Positions 36,651-45,399 are shown, numbered from the stretch's first letter. The stretch: DNA of 64,000 bases from Minisyncoccia bacterium (GCA_049997875.1 JBEKRC010000004.1:8928-72927), one strand, 5' to 3'. Program-made: numbers and translations. The notes: a model not told the origin generated them from the letters alone.

Positions 36651-38029
36651 TAGAGGTCGGTGAGCTCCGGTTCCAATAAAAGCGCCCACCGCTCCGGCGG
36701 AAAGCGCTTCGGGGCCATTTCAATACATGCAGTGAGGTTTGCGACGACCGTGTATTTTTCTTTATCCGGAATGCCGCGGACGATGTCCCGTACGAATATG
36801 CTTTTGAGTACCACGATGTGATCGGCTTTCCCCGCAAGCAACATCCCCAAGCGTTCGTTCCCGTTCTTGTCCGCCGGCCCGAGCTCCGGAATCCCTGCAG
36901 TGACCGCAAGAAGTTTTTTCCCTTTTTTGCGCGCCAACGATTCAGCGGCTGCGATTCCCGCCTGCGCGGTCGGGAAGCTGATATTATAGGAATCGTCAAT
37001 GCAGTCGTAACCATGCCACACGGTCGCCTTTTGGCGGCGGTCGGGCAGTGTGAGCTTTTGGGCGGCATCGTTAATGAATCTTTCCGGCGCGCCCAAGAGT
37101 TCCGCAGCCCGTGCGGCAAGCGCAAGGTCGGAACGGGCCGATGCAGAGAGGTGCGCGCCCGTATCCGCCACGTCCTCCTCGCCGACCATGATCGTTTGTC
37201 GCCCGCCGAGCAAGGGATCCACCATGCGCGCAACGTCCGGCGGTGCGAGCAGTTTTGCTCTCGGCTTCGCGTAGATGAAAACCTCGCCGAGCGCCGCGGC
37301 CAGGCGCGGAACGCTCCCGAAACGTTCCATGTGTTGATGCCCGATGCTTGTAAGAATGGCGACGTCGGGAGGTACGATGCGGCAACTTTCCCTTATCTCG
37401 CCCGCCCGATAGGCATCTACCTCCGCGATCAGAATCTCCGTATCGGGACGCAAATGTTCCATGATCCATCCCGCAATGCCCAATGGCGTGTTCACGTTCC
37501 CCGCTATCATCTGGACCGCCGCATGATGCCGCACAAGTTCGTACAGGAAATTCTTCGTTGTCGTCTTACCGAAGCTTCCCGCGATCGTCACAATGCGCAG
37601 GCCATTCACCGCGCGCACCTTTTCCGCGGCCCGGCGTATGCGCGCGTACCTCACCGGCAGATAGAAAGGGATAAAAACAATATTCGCTGCGAGTACAAAT
37701 AGCGGCACCGCAAGCAACCACACTATTGCCGCGGCCGTCCACGCGAACCAAGCATGCTGGTTGAAAAACACGCCCGCAAGCGACGCAAGCCAAAGCGCAA
37801 GAGCGATCGCAAGGACCGCGCCGGCGCGTGCCGTGTAGCGCAGGCGATCCCGCGCCTGGATGTTGCGCCGCAGAAAAAACCGCGGCAGCCATTTTAAATA
37901 CCGACGACTGCTATAATCCTCCTGCTGGAGAATATAGAGAAAATCCCCGAAGGGAAAAAGGATATTAAAGGCCTTCAATGAAACGTTTGACGATGCCATA
38001 GAACAAATGGGGATTTTTGAGATGGGCAT
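36644..38029 (-). CDS. murF: MurF-like Mur ligase with an unusual N-terminal membrane-helix extension (start uncertain)
   Basis: Mur ligase P-loop AGSFGKTTTKNFL and MurF-type IDDSYN motif. Two predicted TM helices replace the usual N-terminal domain; the track start overlaps the upstream hydrolase gene by 65 nt. Confidence 0.7.
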   Translation of the reverse strand: MPISKIPICSMASSNVSLKAFNILFPFGDFLYILQQEDYSSRRYLKWLPRFFLRRNIQARDRLRYTARAGAVLAIALALWLASLAGVFFNQHAWFAWTAAAIVWLLAVPLFVLAANIVFIPFYLPVRYARIRRAAEKVRAVNGLRIVTIAGSFGKTTTKNFLYELVRHHAAVQMIAGNVNTPLGIAGWIMEHLRPDTEILIAEVDAYRAGEIRESCRIVPPDVAILTSIGHQHMERFGSVPRLAAALGEVFIYAKPRAKLLAPPDVARMVDPLLGGRQTIMVGEEDVADTGAHLSASARSDLALAARAAELLGAPERFINDAAQKLTLPDRRQKATVWHGYDCIDDSYNISFPTAQAGIAAAESLARKKGKKLLAVTAGIPELGPADKNGNERLGMLLAGKADHIVVLKSIFVRDIVRGIPDKEKYTVVANLTACIEMAPKRFPPERWALLLEPELTDLYY

Positions 38030-38633
38030 TGTGCCCCGCCCTTTCTATTGTTGTGAGCTTGCTATTGGGAATCAAGCGCTGCATCTCACGCGCGATGCTT
38101 AAGGGAACCACGTCATCTCTATCCCCCCATATAAGGAGCGTGGGAACTGTAATCTTCTTCAAAAGGGCAGTTTGATCAAAAGAAACCGCTTTCCGAAAAA
38201 GTTCTCCCATTCCTTTTTGCTCGGCCTCCCGCAACTCCGGATTACCCCCTCGCCCGCGCACGCCAAGCGTTTTCAAAACGTGCGCGCCTGCAATCTTGAG
38301 GCGTGTAGAAAACTTCGGCCGCCGTATGGACGGCGCGGCATAGAGGATCAGTCCCTTAAGCCAACGGGGATCCTTACTCGCGATATAACTTGCGATCCTT
38401 CCGCCGAAGGAGTGGCCAAGGAGCACAATGTCATTCCCTTCTGGGGGAATGCTTTCAATTTTTGACGTTACCCATTCGGCATATTCCGGGACGCCCCAAT
38501 CCGGGACCGTGTGCGGCTCGCTCCCGAAGCCGGGGAGATCAAATACCACCACGTCCCCCTTCCGAAAAGGAGCGGCGAAAGTGTCCCAGAATCTTTTATC
38601 CTGTCCCCAACCGTGCAATATGACGATCTTCAT
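37965..38633 (-). CDS. Alpha/beta hydrolase (small esterase-like)
   Basis: VILHGWG...LLGHSFGG nucleophile elbow; 222 aa. Confidence 0.65.
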   Translation of the reverse strand: MKIVILHGWGQDKRFWDTFAAPFRKGDVVVFDLPGFGSEPHTVPDWGVPEYAEWVTSKIESIPPEGNDIVLLGHSFGGRIASYIASKDPRWLKGLILYAAPSIRRPKFSTRLKIAGAHVLKTLGVRGRGGNPELREAEQKGMGELFRKAVSFDQTALLKKITVPTLLIWGDRDDVVPLSIAREMQRLIPNSKLTTIERAGHNAHLKNPHLFYGIVKRFIEGL

Positions 38634-38854
38634 TTTTTTGTTTTTATAAGCCTGAACCTTGGTACTTTTTTCCCGTTGACCCTAATCCTTTCCGCAAACA
38701 TCGCGAGCGGGCGCACCCACATCTTCCTCTTTCCATATAGCGCCTGATACACCACCATTTTCTCGCCCGTTTCGCTGTGTGTTGCGATTACGATCACCTT
38801 ATATCTATTACCTTTATAGTGTTGGTAAATTCCTGTCTTCGGCTTGCGATCCAT
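38630..38854 (-). CDS. DUF1653 domain protein
   Basis: YQHYKGNRYKVI...ETGE..VVYQALYG...WVRPLAMF matches the DUF1653 pattern; ATG at 38854. Confidence 0.6.
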   Translation of the reverse strand: MDRKPKTGIYQHYKGNRYKVIVIATHSETGEKMVVYQALYGKRKMWVRPLAMFAERIRVNGKKVPRFRLIKTKK

Positions 38855-38861
38855 ATTGCTA

Positions 38862-41282
38862 TTATACTTCCTTCTTTCTCTCCCCCACCGAATGACCGCC
38901 GAAGCGGCTGCGGAGCGCGGAGAGGATTCGACCCGTATAGCTCGGCGCTTTTCGGGAACGCATGCGGAATTTGAACGCATCTTCTATCGCCGGCAGTTTC
39001 ACGCGCCACTTGCGGCCGGTCTTTAGGGTCCATTCACCCTCGCCGGTCGCGGCGACCGTGCCAGATACCGCATGTAGCTCCTTGCCATAAATGCGGAACG
39101 CGTCTTCCATCCAGCCAACGAGGCGCGATTCAATGACGCTGCCACGGTTGTATACGCGCGCAATCTTCTCAAGATCAAACTTGAATGGCGATTTTTTCAT
39201 GAGCGCGAAACCTTCCGCCAAGGACTGCATCATGCCGTATTCAATGCCGTTGTGGACCATCTTTACGAAATGGCCTGCGCCCGCATCGCCGAAATACGCG
39301 TAGCCCAAGGGCACGGAGAGGTCGGCGAAGAGCGGCTCCAGATATTCAAATGTTTTGCGGTCGCCGCCGATCATGAGCGAGCCGCCGTAGCGCGCGCCGT
39401 GCGGGCCGCCCGAGAAGCCCACATCCACAAACCGAATGCCGCGCTTGCCGAGAAGCTTCGCCCGCCGCACGCTGTCCTCAAAGAACGAATTGCCGGCGTC
39501 TATCACGATGTCGCCTTTTTGGAGGTGCGTCACAATGCCATTCCTGCTCCGTCCCGCGCCGAAGAGAAATTCGTCCACTCCTTTTCCGGCGGTGATCATG
39601 AGCCAGATCACGCGCGGCGAATGTCTTCGCGGCACCGCGAGCTCCGCCGCGAGTTCTGCGAGAGAATACGCCGCCTCAAAACCTTCTCCCTCCAGCTGTT
39701 GCAAGGACTCCGGCGAGCGATTGGCTGCGATGACGCGCCATCCTTTATCGCGCAGCTGCCATGCCACGTTCGCACCCATCTTCCCGAGCCCGAAAATGCC
39801 TATTTCCTTCGGAAGCGCCGAGGTCCCATTTCTTTCCGCCGCGTCATCAAATGCCGCCGCTTCGGCGACAATCTTACGGCCGCCCGGCGCGTAGTGCCGC
39901 AGCGGGACCAAGTTCTTTTTCCACGCAATGATGAACGGGTCTATGAACTTCCACATCGCGGCGATCTCCTCGCTTGAGACAAAGAGCGTCTGGTCGCCCG
40001 CGATGCAGTCCAAAATCAGTTTTTCGTATTCCTCGGTATATTGAGCATGAAGAACGGTTTTCCGAAAATCAAAATTAAATGTCCGTTCTTCAAACTCAAA
40101 CTTGTGTCCCGGCTTTTTGGAATGAAACTTGATGGTGATCCCCTCGGTCGGTTCAAGGTGAATGAAAATGCGGTTATGATGATGTTCGTTCCCTATGCAA
40201 AGGCAGGGCTGTTCGTGGCGCAGCACAATCTCTATCTCTTTGATCGGCTCGCCGAGGCGCTTCCCGCTTTCCATGACGAGCGGCATTCCCTCCCACCGCG
40301 CGCCGGTGAGGAATCCTTTGATACGAAAGTACGTTTCGGTTCTTGAACGGGGAGAAACGCCGGGTACGGAACGGTAGCCGTCGTATTGCGCGCGGAACGA
40401 GTTCTTTGCGGCTTCGCGGGGCGTCTGAATGACGAGGCGCCTCAAAAGCTCCGCGCGGAGCGGACGGATCGCTTGGGCGTCGTACCGCGCGGGCCGTTCC
40501 ATGGCAACGAGCGCGAGCATCTGCAGAAGATGGTTCTGTCCCACATCTTGTAGAGCGCCCACGTGGTCGTAGAATGGGCCGCGTCCCTCGACGCCGATTT
40601 TCTCAAACAGGCGGATGTGCACGCGCGCTATCGTACGGCTCGTCCATTCGTTTTCAAAAAGATCGTTCGCGAACCGGAACATCAGAATATTCTGCAACAT
40701 CTCCTTCGCCAGATAATGGTCTATCCGATACACTTGTTCCTCCCGAAAGAGCTTTGTCAGTTGGGCATCAAGCGCCTTCGCACTCTTCTCATTGTTGCCG
40801 AACGGCTTTTCCACAATTACGCGCGTCCATCCCTCGTTCGGACCGCAGCCGTCGGTCAGATGGCTGCGGTGCAGGTGGGCAAGGATGAGCGAATAAAACT
40901 GCGGCGGGACCGAAAGATAAAAAAGTTTGTTCGCGCACATGCCCCACGCATCGTCAATATTTTTCAAAAGATCGTTGAGCGCCAGGTAGTCCTCCGGAGA
41001 ATCAAACGCCAACCGATGGTACGCGGCAAGGTCAAGGAACGATCGTACGGTTGCGGCGGGCGCGTGCGATGTCCTCTCTTTAAGAATGGTGCGGAGGTGC
41101 GTACGGAGATCGTCGTCGCCCCACGCGCGCCTTGAAACGCCTACGAGTTTGAACTTTGGCGGCAGCTGCTTTTTTGCATGCAAATTAAAAAGCGCCGGCA
41201 CGATCTTTTTCGCCATAAGGTCGCCCGTGGCGCCCAAGACCACGAGAATGGTAGGAATGGTTTGTTTCCGCTCATCTATCAT
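38862..41282 (-). CDS. zwf: Fusion protein: glucose-6-phosphate dehydrogenase (N-terminal ~480 aa) + 6-phosphogluconate dehydrogenase-like NAD(P)-binding enzyme (C-terminal ~300 aa)
   Basis: N-terminal GATGDLMAKKIVPALF and Zwf active-site segment RIDHYLAKE. The C-terminal half has the 6PGDH Rossmann GIFGLGKMGANVAWQL plus ...GDAGAGHFVKMVHNGIEYGMMQ; 806 aa. Confidence 0.8.
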   Translation of the reverse strand: MIDERKQTIPTILVVLGATGDLMAKKIVPALFNLHAKKQLPPKFKLVGVSRRAWGDDDLRTHLRTILKERTSHAPAATVRSFLDLAAYHRLAFDSPEDYLALNDLLKNIDDAWGMCANKLFYLSVPPQFYSLILAHLHRSHLTDGCGPNEGWTRVIVEKPFGNNEKSAKALDAQLTKLFREEQVYRIDHYLAKEMLQNILMFRFANDLFENEWTSRTIARVHIRLFEKIGVEGRGPFYDHVGALQDVGQNHLLQMLALVAMERPARYDAQAIRPLRAELLRRLVIQTPREAAKNSFRAQYDGYRSVPGVSPRSRTETYFRIKGFLTGARWEGMPLVMESGKRLGEPIKEIEIVLRHEQPCLCIGNEHHHNRIFIHLEPTEGITIKFHSKKPGHKFEFEERTFNFDFRKTVLHAQYTEEYEKLILDCIAGDQTLFVSSEEIAAMWKFIDPFIIAWKKNLVPLRHYAPGGRKIVAEAAAFDDAAERNGTSALPKEIGIFGLGKMGANVAWQLRDKGWRVIAANRSPESLQQLEGEGFEAAYSLAELAAELAVPRRHSPRVIWLMITAGKGVDEFLFGAGRSRNGIVTHLQKGDIVIDAGNSFFEDSVRRAKLLGKRGIRFVDVGFSGGPHGARYGGSLMIGGDRKTFEYLEPLFADLSVPLGYAYFGDAGAGHFVKMVHNGIEYGMMQSLAEGFALMKKSPFKFDLEKIARVYNRGSVIESRLVGWMEDAFRIYGKELHAVSGTVAATGEGEWTLKTGRKWRVKLPAIEDAFKFRMRSRKAPSYTGRILSALRSRFGGHSVGERKKEV

Positions 41283-41325
41283 AAGACTATAAGCATGTAC
41301 CGTGCTTTAATATTATATACGAACC

Positions 41326-41952
41326 ATGCGAAAAGCACTCACCAAATCATTCTACGACAGGCCGACGCTTGCGGTCGCGAAGACGCTCCTCGGCAAGTAC
41401 CTCGTGCGACGCTATCGCGGGAAAACGATCGCGCTCATGGTGACCGAGGTGGAAGCATACGACGGACCGCGCGATATGGCCTCGCACGCGAGCCGCGGCC
41501 GCACGCCGCGCAACCACCTGATGTTCGGCGAGGCCGGCCGTTTCTATGTGTATTTCACTTACGGGATGCACTGGCTTGCGAATATCGTGACGGGGCCGGG
41601 CGGCTATCCCGCAGCCGTCCTCATCCGCGCCGGTGTCTCTAAAGATCCTCGGACAGGCGCGCTGCGTGAGGTGCACGGCCCCGCACGCGTCACAAAATTT
41701 TTACACATCGGCACCGCTGAGAACGGCAAACACGCTTCAAAAAGAAACGGCCTCTGGTTTGAGGACCGAAGCGTAATAATTCCCCGCAAAGCAATCGTCG
41801 CCCGAAAGCGCGTCGGCGTGGATTACGCCGGTCCCGTCTGGGCAAACAAAAAATATAACTTCGCGTTACGGGACTCCACGCTTCGCCGCATGCTTATTTT
41901 TTCTGCTCGTCCTTCTTCCCGTGCTTCCCGTCCTCGCAGTCGCACTCGCTAA
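41326..41952 (+). CDS. mpg: DNA-3-methyladenine glycosylase (Mpg/AAG family)
   Basis: FYDRPTLAVAKTLLGKYLV...VEAYDGPRDMASHASRGRTPRN..MFGEAGRFYVYFTYGMHW matches the family. The R/S-rich C-terminal tail overlaps a convergent small ORF and may not be translated. Confidence 0.8.
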   Translation: MRKALTKSFYDRPTLAVAKTLLGKYLVRRYRGKTIALMVTEVEAYDGPRDMASHASRGRTPRNHLMFGEAGRFYVYFTYGMHWLANIVTGPGGYPAAVLIRAGVSKDPRTGALREVHGPARVTKFLHIGTAENGKHASKRNGLWFEDRSVIIPRKAIVARKRVGVDYAGPVWANKKYNFALRDSTLRRMLIFSARPSSRASRPRSRTR

Positions 41953-42046
41953 GCAGCTCGCCATGCTTTGAACACGTGGGCGTTTGGCACGTTCCCGGCT
42001 TTTCCGAAACTCCGGCGCACTCACCGGTGCAAATGTAGTGTTTCAT
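41894..42046 (-). CDS. Small Cys-rich peptide (50 aa, 6 Cys, acidic/lysine tail)
   Basis: Own translation: MKHYICTGECAGVSEKPGTCQTPTCSKHGELLSECDCEDGKHGKKDEQKK*. It lies 15 nt downstream of the RsbW-like kinase gene on the same strand and is absent from the ORF track. Confidence 0.4.
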   Translation of the reverse strand: MKHYICTGECAGVSEKPGTCQTPTCSKHGELLSECDCEDGKHGKKDEQKK

Positions 42047-42061
42047 AAAAATTAACTTATG

Positions 42062-42538
42062 TTAAGATTCTCGCCTCTTTATCAAGGTTACCTTGCACCC
42101 CTTTCCGCCTTCTCCCTCTGAAACATTCACCTCGCTGCAATATTTCCTCATGAGAAAAAGGCCTCGACCGCTTCCCTTAAGCAGGTTCTCTTGAGCAATA
42201 GGGTCGGGAACCTCACTAATATTGAATCCTTTCCCTTTGTCCTCAACGGCGACTTCGGCTTCTTTTCTCCCAAGATTCCAGGTGACCGTTATCTTCTTTC
42301 CCCTTTTTTCCTCTGCGGCACTGCCCTCGTTGCCATGCTGTACCGCATTTATAAACGCTTCGTGCCCGGCATCCACGAATTCCTGCGTTTCTTTCTCGCT
42401 CCAGTCTAAACCGCGCTGCAACTCCCCCCCGACAGCAGTCCACAGCTCGCTATCTGCCCCCGCAACGCTTTCGAAAACTTGATGTCCCGTTCTGGGAAAA
42501 CTCTCCGCCAGATTCATTTGAGGATCACCTTTCACCAT
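42062..42538 (-). CDS. RsbW/SpoIIAB-like anti-sigma-factor serine kinase (HATPase_c_2)
   Basis: GHEAFINAVQHG (N-box) and GRGLFLMRKYCSEVNV (G2) align with the RsbW motifs SEACTNAVQHA / GLGLYLMETLMDEVRV; 158 aa. Confidence 0.65.
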   Translation of the reverse strand: MVKGDPQMNLAESFPRTGHQVFESVAGADSELWTAVGGELQRGLDWSEKETQEFVDAGHEAFINAVQHGNEGSAAEEKRGKKITVTWNLGRKEAEVAVEDKGKGFNISEVPDPIAQENLLKGSGRGLFLMRKYCSEVNVSEGEGGKGCKVTLIKRRES

Positions 42539-42545
42539 TTGGATC

Positions 42546-43013
42546 CTATTTGAAGTTCACCGGCACGCGAAGTTCCTCGGCGTTCTGCGGCAGGCCAGAT
42601 GGGTTGTCTTTGGCGAGCACAACGGTTCCCGTCGCATATTTGGGCGTGGTAAATGGAATGCTCACCGCGAAGGGTACCGTGCCGGTCGTCGTCCAATCGC
42701 TTTGCGCCTGTGCGGGACCCCCGCCAAGCTCCGTACCGTCACCATCTAAAATCCGTACTGGAAACGATGCCTCAAAGAACCATCCGCCGCCGGTCACGGT
42801 TCCCGCGACCGCGAGAGGCGAAGAGATAAGCACGTTCGGGAGTGGCGACGTTACAACGACGCGCCCATCGGGCGAGGTGGCCGGTGCGGAGTTCTTGCCC
42901 GTGGGCACCGTGGGTCCCTGGACCGGCTTCACAAATACAAGCACACTGAGAAGAACCACGATGATAACCGCGAAAGCGACCACGATTATTTTCAATTTCT
43001 TGAGCGTCGGCAT
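42546..43013 (-). CDS. Membrane-anchored Gmad2-like immunoglobulin-fold protein
   Basis: N-terminal TM anchor and a Gly/Thr-rich beta-sandwich-like region (ASFPVRILDGDGTELGG...) typical of Gmad2 domains. Confidence 0.5.
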   Translation of the reverse strand: MPTLKKLKIIVVAFAVIIVVLLSVLVFVKPVQGPTVPTGKNSAPATSPDGRVVVTSPLPNVLISSPLAVAGTVTGGGWFFEASFPVRILDGDGTELGGGPAQAQSDWTTTGTVPFAVSIPFTTPKYATGTVVLAKDNPSGLPQNAEELRVPVNFK

Positions 43014-43022
43014 GTTATTTCC

Positions 43023-43289
43023 CTACGGGAGCGCCCCTTCGCGCCGCAACATCATTATCTTCTTTTTGCGGCCCCATGCAAATCCGCCCGGATCGCCGTC
43101 CGAGCGCACTACGCGATGGCACGGCACCTTGGGATTCCGGTTCTTATTCAAGATATTCCCGACCGCACGGTATGCCCGCGGGCTCCCCGCCCGCCGCGCG
43201 ACCTCCTTATAGGTGAGCGTCTGCCCGCGCGGAATCTTCGCAACAACCGCGTATACTTTTTCAGAAAAAGATTTTTGGGAGGTCTTCAT
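43023..43289 (-). CDS. MGMT-family DNA-binding domain protein (6-O-methylguanine-DNA methyltransferase C-terminal domain only)
   Basis: IPRGQTLTYKEVA...PCHRVV active-site motif; 88 aa, lacking the N-terminal Ogt domain. Confidence 0.75.
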   Translation of the reverse strand: MKTSQKSFSEKVYAVVAKIPRGQTLTYKEVARRAGSPRAYRAVGNILNKNRNPKVPCHRVVRSDGDPGGFAWGRKKKIMMLRREGALP

Positions 43290-43293
43290 AAAA

Positions 43294-43596
43294 TTAAGAT
43301 TCGTCTAGGATGATCCTCTTCTTGAACCGTCCCCGCTCTTCCGCTTTTTTCTCTCCCATCTTCACTATTCTTTTCCAATTAAACTTTTTGTAATCCGCAA
43401 TGGCACCAATTACTTCGAGAAGATCGGCGAATTCCTCGGGACTTTCGTTATGCTCAAATTCTTTGATCTCTTCATACAGCTTCTCCTTCAACTTCTTCCA
43501 ATATTCCGCCCGAGTTGCCACATGATAAACCGGCTTCCCGCCCCTTTTGCGGATGTGTTCGGGGATCTTGTCGCGTACGAGCTTGTTATATTTCAT
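43294..43596 (-). CDS. MazG-like nucleotide pyrophosphohydrolase (small, all-alpha)
   Basis: KLVRDKIPE ... EExxE ... EEFADLLEV pattern of small MazG/PRA-PH-like NTP-PPases; AT-rich. Confidence 0.5.
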   Translation of the reverse strand: MKYNKLVRDKIPEHIRKRGGKPVYHVATRAEYWKKLKEKLYEEIKEFEHNESPEEFADLLEVIGAIADYKKFNWKRIVKMGEKKAEERGRFKKRIILDES

Positions 43597-43720
43597 CCGT
43601 TTCTTTCCTAGGATACCATAAAAATAGATTGTTATGGCCGCAATTCAGCCATCGGAGCACCCAGCTTGAGTATCGGACTGAGAGGCATCTAATTTTTCTT
43701 AATCTGATAGAATTGAGGTA

Positions 43721-45388
43721 ATGGAGCGGGAAACGCGGGCGTGTGAGGACTGCAAAAACCAGTTCGCAATTGAGCCGGAGGATTTTGATTTTTATAAGAA
43801 AATGGGGGCTCAACCTCCAAGCATCTGTCCGAACTGTCGCTTTAAATGGCGAGCGCTCTATCGCAACGAACGTACTTTGTATAACTCCAGGTGCGGTCTA
43901 TGCGGGAAAACCATCATCTCCGCGTATAATCCCCGATCACCATACACGGCGTACTGCACGAAGTGCTTTGATTCAGACAATTGGGACCGATTCTCGTTCA
44001 ACGTCGATTTCGATTTCAAAAAGCCATTCTTTGAGCAACTCGGAGAACTTTTCAGAAAAACACCAAAGCAAGCCCTCTACATCACCCACAGCCCCACGAA
44101 CGTAAACAGCGAGTACATCAACTACGCCGGGCCATATGAAAAAAACTGCTATCTCGTCTCCAACTCCGGCGAAGGAGAAGAGGTGCTCTACTCCCGTGGT
44201 ATGCGGCATTGTAAATATGCTTCGGACCTTTACTACGCAACGTTTTTGGAAGATTGCTACGAATGCATCAATGGCCATCATTCCTCGCGCGTGTATCACG
44301 GGCAAAACGTAAGCGGCAGCATTGACTGCGCCTATGTCGCGAATTGCAGCGGGTGCACCCACTGCTTCGGGTGCGTGAATTTACGCAATCAAAAATATCA
44401 CTTTTTCAACGAACAACTTTCCAGGGAAGAATACGAGAGGAAGGTGCGTGAGATCTTGGGGAGTTACTCAAAAATGCAAGAGGCCGAGCAACGCTTTGAG
44501 CAATTTGCACTACAATTTCCGCAACGCGAGAATCAAAATCTGAAATCGGTGAATTGCATCGGTGACTATCTCACTGAATCGAAAAATACGAAGTATTCGT
44601 TCGAAGACACGAACTGTGAAGATTGCAAGCATGCCTTTTTCAGCAAGAATATGAAGGACTCTTACGACACCACTGGCTACGGATACAGTAGCGAGCTATT
44701 GCTCTCCGTCGCGGCGGCGGGATACTCCAACCGCGTTATTGGATCGGCGCTCATCTCCGCCAGCCACGATATTGATTACTCACTCGCGCTCAATACCTGC
44801 AATAACTGCATCGGCTGCGACGGCCTCAAAAACGCGGAATTTTGTTTGTTGAACAAGAAATATCCAGAAGTGGAATATAAGCGCATCAGAGAACACATTA
44901 TTAAAGAATTGAAGGGAAAGAACAGTTATGGTCTCCCGTTGCCTCCGGAGATCGGTCTCTTCGCCTACAACGAAACGATTGGGCAAGACAATTTGCCAAT
45001 GACCAAGGAAGAAGCGCTCGCACAGGGACTTGGATGGCAGGACGACGTGCAAACGACAAAGGGAAAGGAAACTATGCCGCTCGAAAAGATTCCGGACCAT
45101 ATCCGTGACGTTTCCGAATCTATTATCAAAGAAATTCTTGCATGTGCGGAGTGCGGCAGAAATTACCGCATCATTCCGCAGGAGCTACTCCTCTATAAAC
45201 GGCTTATCATCCCAATACCGCGAAAATGTTTCAACTGCCGTCACATGGCGAGGATCAAGAAGCGGGGACCGTTTACCCTCTACGATCGTCGGTGTGGTCG
45301 GTGCGGAAAAGATATCAAAACAAACTTTGCGCCGGAGAGGCCCGAAATCGTCTATTGTGAGCAGTGTTATCAGGCAGAGGTGATATAA
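43721..45388 (+). CDS. Large cysteine-rich protein (~40 Cys) with a duplicated ~80-aa double-zinc-ribbon module at both termini and a Cys/His-rich core
   Basis: The N-terminal module (CEDC..FAIEPEDFDFYKKM..CPNCR..LYNSRCGLCGK..YCTKCF) is repeated at the C-terminus (CAEC..YRIIPQELLLYKRL..CFNCR..LYDRRCGRCGK..YCEQCY). The core has repeated C-x2-C-x-G-C-x2-L-x-N motifs (NCSGCTHCFGCVNLRN / CNNCIGCDGLKN); AT-rich islet; it is the only plus-strand gene in a minus-strand block. Confidence 0.55.
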   Translation: MERETRACEDCKNQFAIEPEDFDFYKKMGAQPPSICPNCRFKWRALYRNERTLYNSRCGLCGKTIISAYNPRSPYTAYCTKCFDSDNWDRFSFNVDFDFKKPFFEQLGELFRKTPKQALYITHSPTNVNSEYINYAGPYEKNCYLVSNSGEGEEVLYSRGMRHCKYASDLYYATFLEDCYECINGHHSSRVYHGQNVSGSIDCAYVANCSGCTHCFGCVNLRNQKYHFFNEQLSREEYERKVREILGSYSKMQEAEQRFEQFALQFPQRENQNLKSVNCIGDYLTESKNTKYSFEDTNCEDCKHAFFSKNMKDSYDTTGYGYSSELLLSVAAAGYSNRVIGSALISASHDIDYSLALNTCNNCIGCDGLKNAEFCLLNKKYPEVEYKRIREHIIKELKGKNSYGLPLPPEIGLFAYNETIGQDNLPMTKEEALAQGLGWQDDVQTTKGKETMPLEKIPDHIRDVSESIIKEILACAECGRNYRIIPQELLLYKRLIIPIPRKCFNCRHMARIKKRGPFTLYDRRCGRCGKDIKTNFAPERPEIVYCEQCYQAEVI

Positions 45389-45399
45389 CCCCCGACAAC

